Source: Phoronis australis (Eukaryota > Animalia > Phoronida). Taken from it: a stretch of DNA of 64,000 bases. The DNA is taken from NCBI GenBank assembly GCA_002633005.1, contig NMRA01000403.1, positions 58,888-122,887 of the forward strand, in the 5' to 3' direction. The stretch's first letter is position 1. The number at the start of each line of letters is the position of its first letter. This document shows, one piece after another, positions 37,540 to 49,200 of this stretch. Under the pieces are notes generated by a model. That model worked only from the letters and a program-made list of their open reading frames with translations, was not told the origin of the DNA and searched no databases. The position numbers and the translations under genes were made by a program.

Positions 37540-38010
37540 AGCGTCATGAGCGCCAGCTCATTCGCGATACCTGTGAAAAGGAAATGGCTCGTGAAAATCT
37601 TATCTTAAATCAACAGGTAGAATTGGAAAGGCTTAAAAATGCTGGAATCGAAACTGGTTCAGCAACCGCGAAAACCATGTCCAGAGGGGTTAAAAATTAC
37701 CGTGTTTTGATGAGAATCGTGACAACATGGATTCATACCTCTCACGGTTTGAGAAGTATGCAGCCACAAATGGCTGGAGCTAAGAAGAGATGGTTATTAA
37801 GACGAGTGTCCATCAAGGGAAGGCACTTGATACTCCAGTGAGGATGTCAAATGAGGATGTAGACAACTAAAATTAAAGAAGTTTTGTTGAAAAGTAATGT
37901 ATTGACCGAAGACGGTTGTAGGAAAAGGTTTTTCAATCTTCTATTGAAAAAGACGAAACGGCCGCTCAATTCATAGCTTGCTTATCCATGACATTCGACC
38001 GCTGGAGTGT
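37540..38010 (+). mobile_element. Gypsy-type LTR retrotransposon gag (SCAN/Gmr1-like) remnant
   Basis: FDENRDNMDSYLSRFEKYAATNGWS*, then LKEVLLK...LTEDGCRKRF and ETAAQFIA...FDRW across frameshifts. Confidence 0.65.
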
Positions 38011-38329
38011 GAAATGGCCCATGAATCATAACGACTGAGGGAATCTGTCCTAACATTGCTCTCACCTTTAATGCATTCCACTCTGAAGCAAAACGGTTGC
38101 AAGGACATGGCCCACCTCAATCCTCTGATTAGTAATTAATTTGGCTTTGTGCAAATGCAACAGTGAGTGATGGTTTGTATTAGAAACACATTCTTTCCCA
38201 TAAAGGTAGACTCTAACCTTACCGATTGCCATACACTCACATTCCATAACTTAATATCTCTGTTCGCGTCACTTAATAACTTTTTACTAGCATGAAGTGA
38301 TTTACCTAAAGTTTTAAAATGACGCCAAG

Positions 38330-38870
38330 TGCTGTCAACTACAAAATTTTTGATGGTTTGGTAGTCTTCATTTCTCCTGTGGCCAGTGGGCCTTATTTAT
38401 GGAACACCCTCCATTCTTATGCTAAATCGGCATCATCCTTGATAAGCTTTAAAAAAATTGACATCAATTTAACTCCATGTAGATTTGTTCTGTGTAGCAC
38501 GCCAGACTATTTTTTAATTTCTGTTATTTATACGTTATGTTATGTGTGTATTATGTAGCTGTGTATGTTGTATGTGTAATTGTGTGCATCTGATGTATTT
38601 TATTATTTATTGTCCCTTTTATTAAATATTTATATTTTATTTAATCATGTTGTCTTACTTTTAGTATCTTCTATTATTTTTGTTATTTATTTTGTTTCAT
38701 CAGTCTTTCCATGTTAATTTCTTATTCTTCAATGTTTAAATTATTTAAATCTTGTCTTTCATTTTGTAATTCTGTTAGTTTGTCTTCCTGTCTTTGTATG
38801 TTTTTACTGAGTGCCCTCATGGAAAGCAGTGTGAACTGATGGGGCTACCCGTATTGTAAATATTACAAAA
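38330..38870 (+). mobile_element. L2/CR1-like LINE 3' end remnant
   Basis: SGPYLWNTLHSYAKSASSLISFKK resembles an L2/CR1 ORF2 C-terminus; it is followed by a T-rich 3'UTR and a terminal stem-loop (gccctcat...atggggc). Confidence 0.5.
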
Positions 38871-40656
38871 ATATTAATAACGCTACATTGTTTAGGAGTT
38901 AATGCTAATTTTCATTATTCCAGACTGCGGTCACTAATTCTCAACAAAAGACCAACATTGCAATAAAATAGTTCTACCAAACAAAAACAACTTCTGTCCA
39001 GTGTTTCTTTGTCACTGACATAAATTTAGTTAAACTAATTAGCTGAAATGTTATTGATCCCCCAGTGCCGCACAAGTTAAAGTTGCGTGCACGTTGTACA
39101 GTGCATGGCAGGTTACAGTGATTACGTCACACTCACTGTTTTAAAAATAATGTAAAAACGTTTTCACTTTCTACAATCATGAAATAAAATTACACAAACG
39201 CCATCACTTTATTTTGCATTCCCTCAGTCACAACAAAATCATCAACACCACAAATTCAATGTTATCATATTCTTCACAACACAAGAGAACCTTGCAGCAA
39301 GATTCATTAGGGTTTTACTTTATGGCAATAGATGTCACTGCTACATTGTGATTTTGCTCAAACATGACCAGGATTCGTAGCAGGAATGTATTGCCAGGAC
39401 AGCAATAAAAGCCTTCAAAAGAGACCTTTGCTAGTATTCAATTTGTCTCAAGATCAATAAGAAACTTTTTTGCAAAAATTTCCGAAAAAGTTGACGGTCA
39501 TTAATAAATCTCTTATTGAAATTGCCAAAATTATGAAGCACACATTTTGGTGTACATATTTTGGAAACTTACTCCACGGTTACTGCAGAGTGATGTTCCA
39601 AAAGGTAATAAGTGCTATAATTCCACTGTCTATAAAGGATTCAAGAAAAAGTGTCACCAGTCAGAAATTACAAGCTAAAGCGAGAATAACAGCAACCTCA
39701 ACAACATCTTAATATTTACTACTAAAATGGAATGATATTGAGAACATTTCGCATTTCATCAAAACTAGAAATAAGCCACAGGTTGGCAATACAGACCAGT
39801 CAAACTGGATAAAGGACGGTTACAATTTAACAGTGGACAGGAGTAGTAAACATTTTAATCTAATTACAACTGAAACATTTTCACAAAGAATCTCACCTAT
39901 TTAAGACAAGTACATTAATTTTGTATTTTAGAATGCTTTTAATTTTCAAGTTTACCAAAGCCACCGTCAAGGTTTTGAGAAAGTGTGCATTCATAACAAC
40001 GTTAAAAGCCAGATGCAAAGGTCATTTTGGAAATTATTTTTTCCCAAAATTGGCGAGATATTATCGTATCGGCCTATCTAATTAAACACAGTGTGTCTAT
40101 ACAGGGTGAAATTTCCAGAAAATACTTTCAGCCAAGGGTGCACATTTAAGAAAATGTGCATCTGATGAACCCTTTTCGATAGGCTGACAACAGAAAGAGG
40201 ACACACAAAAATTAACCAAACTTAATTTTCAAGGTTCCTCTTGGTACATTATTAAGAAGAATGCTTTGAATAGGAAATTTCATTTGAGAACCAGCTAGTT
40301 TCTAAACACCCCGACATGTACTAGGCACTGCTAGCAATACGCCTGGAAGTAAATTCAACTTTTTAGTAACAAAAATGGCAACTAAAAGTAAGCTGGGGAT
40401 AACGAAAGTTTAATATGTGTATTCATAAGAAAAACCTTTATCTGTGGCACCCTGAAGAGTTCTATGTCCATATAGAATCATAAACCCTGGCATTGACGTT
40501 TGAGCTCGTATTTCAAAACAATACGACTTTATTCAAAAATAACAAATACAACTCACTTGTGACAACTCCATTGAGTGCCCTAAAAATTAATAATTAAAAT
40601 CAACAAGCATCTTTATCACGATGTAAAATAACTATACAATTAGCAGTAACTGCTCC

Positions 40657-40725
40657 TTATCCCAGGACTGGTTTGTCCACAAACTTGAGGGTCTTGGCCG
40701 GCTTGTGCAGTTCAAAGACAATAAA
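40657..40725 (-). CDS. GLB1L2: GH35 gene, last coding exon ([22 protein letters not shown])
   Basis: gtttcag| acceptor; TAA stop; candidate AATAAA at 40528-40533 (minus). Confidence 0.9.
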   Translation of the reverse strand, partial: FIVFELHKPAKTLKFVDKPVLG

Positions 40726-43700
40726 CTGAAACAAACAGCACAGTGAAAACTTAAATCTCACGCATGCACAACAGATTACAACAGGCTGCCTAAAAAGTAC
40801 TGATACACAAAAAATCAGCTGTTCATTTCTCTTTAATCTTAAGTTGGTATTTCGCTCTGTTTAATTAGTTAAAATGAATTTCAAAATTAAATTAGGTCTT
40901 CCACTCTGATAAAATCAGCCTCATAATCATCCTAACCATGATAAGATTCTATTTCCATTACCAACAACTACACTAAAAACATCAGTGACTCAAGAATACA
41001 CTTCAGAGTTTATTTAGGTTGATAAAACAGTGCAGATGGCATGATGTCATTTGCAGTGCATCAGACGTGTGCAGGGCTCATGGTTAGGCCCATTGCACAA
41101 AACACCTGAGCTAAAGCATGAGAGCCCCATTATGGTTCTTCGTGAAGGAAGTTTTCAAGTGTGCCAGTCTCATTTAAGAAAATAGACAGATTTTTCCATT
41201 TGTTCCCAATGCACAATATGTTGTAGGCATGTAACAGTGCAAGGTTGTTCCTTACCCTATAAAAAGCTGGGCAAGACTCTACCAGGTGTTTAGGGGTTTC
41301 AATGTCAGTACCACACTCAGGACACACTGGGCTCCCCGTATGCCCAGTAATGTGTCTGTGTCGGGCAAGGTTACAGTGGCCCATCAAAATTTGAATGACA
41401 TGTCTTACCTTTTGGTTTGACCAAACCTAAAATTTTATGCATCCTTTAAGACTTGAGTTGGCAATGGAAATGGAATCCTATCACGGTAAGGAATGTTTAC
41501 CAGGCCAATTTATCAGAGTGAAAAGCCCAATTCAAATTTTTGTTTGTTTTCAGCCAGTCAAACAGTGTGAAATGTAGGTTAAATGCATCAGTGTAAAGTA
41601 TGCCGTTAAGCAGTCAACAACATAATCTCACTACCACTTTAGTATGGAGGTATGGAGCACACTGTCAATTCAAGGCAACTACCTGTGTTGATGCAACACT
41701 TGTTAATTCAAAGAAAATTAATCATGTTGTCCCCCCACCCTAATTGTTCATGAAATCATCAACGATTCTTTGATGAGTTAAGTCTGATATTCTTCTGCCT
41801 ACATTTAGTCCACAATAACTCACCTGGTTGGCTCCTGCTTTCAACAACGGACCAGGTATGTACAGGGTCTGCTGCGGACCTTTGTTCCAATACCGGCCCA
41901 AGTTAAAACCATTCAAGAACACAACTCCTTTAGTCCACTCCTACAACAGCATATCATTTCATCTTTAAGTTAATGATCAAACATGTTGAAGAGTTACTGT
42001 GCAAAATAGAATCTAAAAATGCCAGGATTTACCACATTTAAACAGTATGCAACTATGGCGGTCAGCCTAACAAGTGTTTTGACAGTGTATCCTCCATTGA
42101 CAGTATTCCTGATCAACACCCTTACGATTTCCCCTGAATAAACAAGTAGAATGCAGGTGGTAAATATTTGAAGCATAAGAGGAGGCTAATGATTGCGTAA
42201 TTGACATTTTAAATAACAAGGATTTGACGCAATTTGTGCTGATATGGTGAAAATCACAATTACTCTTCTTTGATTAAATCATTAGTTGTCAGCAAGGTAT
42301 TGACATCGAGAAGCATGGTTTCAGAGACATTGAGTTATGGGGAAATGATCATAGTTACACAAGTGAGCTGACTTTTATCGCTTGTAAAATTTTACCCTCT
42401 AGTTCAATTTTCTCTAAGGTGGCCCAGGGAAATATGTTGTAACCTTTCGCAGAAAGTCTACAGAATTTATAGTGAAGTAAAAATATGATGAAAAGATGTT
42501 GAAAATAGCATAAGGTATACTTGTGCCCCAAGAAGGCAGACTGACTAAGAAGGCCAACTGTTTGAATTCAATGGATGATTTGATGACGAAGATTTAGTGC
42601 TCACTAGAAAATGTTTTGCCTGATACCTATCGTGTAGTGAACTGGAGCTACACAATAACATGTTTACTCCGAATTAACCAACTGTTAAGCCAGACAGGTT
42701 CTTACATGTTGCTGAAAAATATCTCTTGGGGCAGAATTTCGCAATAACTTCTTATTTGACAGTCAAATGAAATGTAATACAGCAAAACTGAGTAGCAGTC
42801 GTGATGCTTAACAAAACAAACCCGCATGTCCAAGAATGTATCCGGACCAGGACTGGATGGAATGTTGATCCACGCTTTGTAGACAGCTGGCTCAGATGGT
42901 GCATTCTCCAGTTTAGTGAAAGGCAACCACTTGGCACTGCTAAGCTTTTGAACATAATCGGATTTGAACTCTAGAGAATAGATGGTCCAGTCAGACAGCA
43001 CCTGCCCATCTAGAGTCACTGGCTTGTCAAGACCTGAAAGCAGTATACATAAGCTGATGAATGATTAAAGAAATACCATGAAATTGAATGAAATGCACCC
43101 CAGTATATGCAAATTTTAAATACTTAATCATTTTAATATAGCACGTATATCTATAGCCAACAAATGCAGGATTATTGACAAATTTACTCTTCAACAAATT
43201 AAGCTGCTGAATTCTCAATGAAATTGCTGTCTGCAACTGATTACAGTTAGACACAGTGGCAGTTACTTTACAGACGACCAGGAAACAGTCAACATCAATC
43301 ATAATCATACAAATGGTAAGTATCCAAGCACACGAAATTACAGTTAATAGATGACAAAAACAAAAAATACATCAAAGAACACAATATAGGGGAAAATATC
43401 AAACTTCAACAACTGAAATCACACAGAAGTACAGTCAGAAAGACTAAGCATGGTAGTTGCATGCATTTGTTCTAAAGCCAGCTGGGCAAATGGAAAGGAA
43501 TGCATGCAATCTTGAACACATGGCTCAGTGTAGTAGTGGTTACAAGTCAGAGTAATTCTTGCATTCAACCCAGGTATAATGCCCTAGGTCCATTGATCTT
43601 AAATGTATAATGATACCGTCAAGTTATTGCATTTCTATGGTGTGAATTAAAGTGGTCACGATTTGAGAACCTAATGTATGCAGCACACAGGTATCAGTGG

Positions 43701-46250
43701 TGTAACTGTATAGTTGCACGTTATTGTTAGCATGTATGAGGTGTGATGAGGCTTTTGGGATGTAAGGAATGCCCACCAAATGAGGGTCTAAAGGGTATAA
43801 CAGTGTCAGCGTGCTCAAAGTCTGGACGGTATCTGAAATGTAATGGTGTCTAAAATGTGGGAGTGCCGATACTGCGAGTCTGAGATGTAAGTGAATAAGT
43901 AAGGGTGCGTTCCATGGAGCAATTTTCTTGCAAGAACGACATAAAATCGTGTCCAGAAGGGGAATATTTTATGAGTTGGCTCCAGACCGTACTCGCACAC
44001 AAAAGCCAACGGGCTGTCACTGTCAAGGCTGGAAGGTTGAACTATGCCTAAAATTCACAGTGCACATTCCAAAGCAAAGTTTTCTCTTCGCAAGCCTTGC
44101 ACATTATGTAACGCAGCATGGCTAGAAGGTGTCTGGGGATTGAGAGCAACTAAACAGAGGTGTGTTTCACTCAAGCGTTTGTTACCTTTCCTCTGCTCGT
44201 TCATGACAGCATCTTGGTACATGGCATAGTTAACACGACCCATGTTCTCCACAATAATGTCCAAGGTGTTAACAGGCTGTTGGTGAAGTGGAGTAACACA
44301 AAATGATGTCATGGTGTTAGTATCAAACACACAACACAAGGACTGCACTATAGCAACACAAACATTCAGTAGCCAGGCAAAGGTAAGCTATTTTCCATGC
44401 AATCCAGTCCTTAACTCCTACAAAGCCCGCTCAGTGGATATGTCAAATCTCTGTACACCTTTAAAGGCCACTCATTCTTCCTCAGTGTCAGTTAATTTTG
44501 GATAACATGCAACAAGTTACTACAATGCCAATTGATTTGAAGTTTGTATGTGTCGTAGTCAGGGTAATATGTAAACCAAATGGCTAGTGTTTTGTTATTT
44601 GTAAAACTGGGAAGGGTTCAGTAACGCTAGGACCTCGCTAAAATCTAGCCAAAAGCATGTGCTCTCATTTAAAATGCACAGCAATATCTCGTGTAATCTC
44701 TCCCAGTTTTTCTTTTTAGCGAGGTCGTAGCGCTACTGAACACTACCTTGACTTTACATAAACTGATAGATTGAGAGCCGAATGATTCACCAACTGAATG
44801 ATTGCAATTTTCAAAGAAAAAGCAACAGCTTAGTCCTTAAAAATAATATGGCTTGTTGATGTTTTCTACTTCAAGTTCTTATGTGGACCCCTATGCCCCC
44901 AGCCCCACCTACGGATTGATTGATTGATTGACTTGTCAAATTGGATATGTTAAGTGGATGCCGCCTGCTGATTACATTCAGTTTGATAATAGCTGATTGG
45001 TAGAAAATGTTCACAGCAAGCCATGCATGTCTCGACTGTGAGAAGAGGAGTTTCGTTTTTTAATGTTTATTATGGAAAACAACCGCTAGAAAGCATTACA
45101 TATGGGCACAATGAACCTCACTGCTAGATAAAACAAAAGTTCAAAATGCGCTCTGGCAGTGTATACTGTAGAGAATGAGATACCACTTGAGCAAAACTAT
45201 AAAACACTAAACACCAATGCCTCTACCAAACCCAGAGTGACATAAGACACTACCTTTACGTTGTTGGCTTAAATCTGGATTGCCTTGCCAGGCATAATTA
45301 ACTCGTCCTGTGTTCTCAACAAGAATGTCCAGCACACTGCTCGCCTTGAAAGGGTAAGTAGCGGAAGTTAAAAGCAATTCAGAAAGCAATTCACAAAATT
45401 AATCAAAACACCCTTTCAAGGGGGACCCAGGTATTCATTCCACATGATAGTTAGGGGGAGTCACTGCACATAGAAAATCAAGATCAAAGCAACACTTCAG
45501 CAAATTTGAAACTGGGTACCTGAGAAAATACCCAAAAATGAGACCCTCTTCCCTGTAATCACTACTTCCATTTATCCACCAACAATGATACCAGGAAGCC
45601 GAAACACCCCCCTGACATGGCACCTGAGGGGGCAAAGTACCCACTTGAGACGTCGGCAACTCCTCAGAAAGGCAAGAACCAATCCCTTACACTCACAGGC
45701 ATTTAGAGACACCAGAGGCGAATTGAGTGCAATTTGTCTATGGCGTCTTTAAATACAATGCAACACCAGGGACACCAGAGAAGAATTCTAGAGTACAGTA
45801 TATGCCAAACAGTGATAGACAGGATGCTTCTGAGGCAATGGGCATATTCGGGGAAAGTGTGGTTTGCAAAGAAGGACATCTGACAAGTGCAAACTTACTG
45901 TGTTGTAGTTATGAGTAACCCTTGCATGACTCAAGAACATTTCAGAAATGAATGATGAAATTTAAAGGAAGTTTTCTAATACTACAACGCATTCGCAAAA
46001 TGGTTTTGACAAAATTATAGCTTTTAGGGAACTTAATTAAAAGCAAAACCAAAATGAATGATAAAATTATCATACCATTTTTAAATTTTGAAATTTGATC
46101 AATATTCTCGGTAACGTTTTTGCAATGACTGAAAGAACCTTAATTTATTTTACCGCAAAATTTTGGGAAAAACACATGGTTATTGAACCCAATCAATGGC
46201 AGACTGGTATTAAATCCACAATCTAAGTCTGCTCTATTTCTACTTTCAAA

Positions 46251-46285
<35 letters not shown>

Positions 46286-49200
46286 CGTATGTGCGTGTGC
46301 GCGTGTGTGCGTGTGCATGTTGAATAGATCAGGTTACTCATCAACTTAGTCCACAGTGAAGCATAATGTACTGTGTGCATAGCAGACAATAAGTGCTGAC
46401 CACGTGTTTTTTAAGATATGACATAGAAATATCGATCCATCTCAAGGGTGATATCAGGCCAATATGGCCCGAGACGCCCGACAGATTGGTCCATAATACA
46501 ACTGATACTTTTTTCCTCTGATGTTTCATATCTTTTTAAATTCGGATGTCATTGTCTGCTTTAATGTATTCGCATTGTCTGTCAGGGCTCTACACTTTTA
46601 TCCATCTGATTGGTCAGATTGTGAACAGGGACATTTGACGTCCTTGAGACAAGAATTTAAGTCTGATATTCCACAGCTAGCGTGGTCAACATTTAATCTT
46701 AACAGAAGCTATGATCATACTGCGCTTAAGCCAATCAGAGGACAGAGACACCAGCAATCGCATTAATGGCTCTGCAGCCTTTCATGCAGCTTTATATATC
46801 ATGCTAGCATATCTCATCTTTAAAATCAATCACATGTCTGAATGATACGAATTTGCTGCTAAAATGACAGTAGTTGAGAAGACAGGAAATTAATGTTAAA
46901 TCTCATGTCGTGATAACTAAGTCAAATCGAAGTTGCAAAACAAATAATTCAAGTTTTCCACAATGAATCTATGTCAAAGCAATCGACATTATTTGGTCCA
47001 TTGCTCTACCATGACAAGTCACATACATGGACCAACAAAGGGTTCCATCACAAAACGTGAAGCTTAGCTTTTCGCGTGACTTTTATCAGTCACTTTTCAG
47101 ACGGTATCTCTTATAACCAGCTGTTGGTCTGCTAACACTACTCACCTCTTTGGTTGGTTTCAGTTGGAATGTGGCACCAGCACCATCTTCTACCTTCACT
47201 ACCCCCACCTCCTCATGGTTGTGTAAGATCTAGAACCAACCAACAGATTTTCACACATGCCTGATTACAATCCAGGCAAATTATCCATTACTTTTAATTT
47301 AACTGCTTAAAATCACAAATTTCACATTAAAACACCAAAAAAAAAAAAACAACCAAGTGACATCATTCAACCAGCTGTCAAATTAGAACACCTGCAAACA
47401 CTATCTGAAGCCGTATTAATTAGCTGACCTCCAGGTACCAGCATGCAGCTTGTAACATTGCACTTAACAGTTAGAGGACCACAATCTGTTACTGATCCAT
47501 CTCACAAAGCACGAGACAGAAGGGGAGCAAGTAACAATGGTGCAAACACCAACTGGTAGACCTCCACTCATCCTAGCCATCCAATTGATACCCAAACTGC
47601 ATCACCATGACGCTGAATACACCAGTGGCTACGATACTCACCACAGCTCTGTCGTTGACAGTTCCAGTCAGCACCAGTTTGAAGCCCAGCTTAATTTTGA
47701 TTCTGTAGCAGATAAAGCCGTATCCCTGGCCTCCTCCGTTATTGATGTCCAACATCTCCATAGGCATCACCTTGGACGTCATCACTGCACCCTGTAGAAG
47801 ACAGACACGCTAGCCTTGAAGACATCAAACGTACTTTTAAAAATAATTTACCAGACAATGCCAAACCATGGACTTCACAATAATAATCATACTCTAGTCC
47901 ATCGCCAAACTTTGAGAAACTAAAAAATTAATGTACAAATGGGTGGTTAAATATCCCTTTAATTACGAAAAGAATCCGATTTTATTTCTGGCTCGGCATT
48001 CTCCACAACCTGTTTAGACCAATCACTGCACCAAGTTTCATTGTCATTTCTTAAGCAAATTAGGACATTTTCGATTTTTGGAACCGGTTCAGGGCACTTA
48101 TTTCAAGAATTGGTATACAAACTCCCACATGGACATGGTCTTTTGAATTACGTACATGAATTTTGTAATTTCAATCGCGCTTGAATTTTCTGCTGTGAAG
48201 ACCACTGTGGCTGACTCTGTAGCCACTAGCTATTTAATCAAAATCGAAAACAAGGACATGAAAGCTTAGAGAAAAATGTCAAATAAGGTGACAAACTATT
48301 ACACTTGACCAAGCTTGGTCAAATTTAGCTATAAATAGGTTAGTGCATTTGTGTTAGAATAGTCCTATCTTCATGGGCGGTGCACCATAGCGGGCTGGGG
48401 GAAGGGCTATAGCCCCCAACTTTTTTCAGTGCTGCACCGCCCATGGTATATGAGCGGTGTATCACAGAGGGTGCTGGGGGGCTTTAACCTCCCCAATTTT
48501 TTCAGTGATCTTTAGTGTACAAATGCATGGATGAAGGTAGTCAAGAGGGACCATTAGTCCACAGACGCCCTGGTGCAGAATATGTAATGATTTCTGCTCT
48601 AATACAATTGAGGCTTTAAAAAAGCCTCTAGTCATTAGTGCCACCTAAAGCACAAAAAGTCATCATTGTCAAACTTTGTATTTCTGTTTTTTAAACACAT
48701 TTTTATGCATGAAATAATAAGTGATTTGCTGTGGACGACTTTAGTTGAGTACATGGCAAGCCTGCAGACCTTTTAGCAGATTTGAACGAAACATTGCACT
48801 TAAATTTGGATCTATGGGTGAGCATGTCATCTCACATTTATGACATTCCTTTTGACAATGAAGATATCGACGTTGAACATGGAAACTTGTGACTACTATT
48901 ATTTTAAAATGGAACTTTGAGAGCTGATATTGCTGTTTGGGGGTAAATTAAACATTTGAGACACAGTTCCCTGCTACAGTTTGAACACGAAGTCGCCCAT
49001 ATTGCACGCTTTCTAGGTGTATATTAAATGAAAAATACAAATACTACAGAAATGGTGGCAGCATGGTTGCAAGCAATTGTGTGAGGTAATTTGCCAATTT
49101 GTGAGGTTCTAAAGGTTGAGGATGGACAGTCATAGGGTTATTTACCAATTGATACACTGGACTTCATGAAGGTTGACAGTTACCTCAAATCCACGCTTGT

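Noticed and set aside
40139-40195. Hairpin tgcacattt-aaga-aaatgtgca followed by CTGATGA
   Set aside because: Stem II is weak and the GAAA/stem III elements are absent; not a supportable ribozyme.
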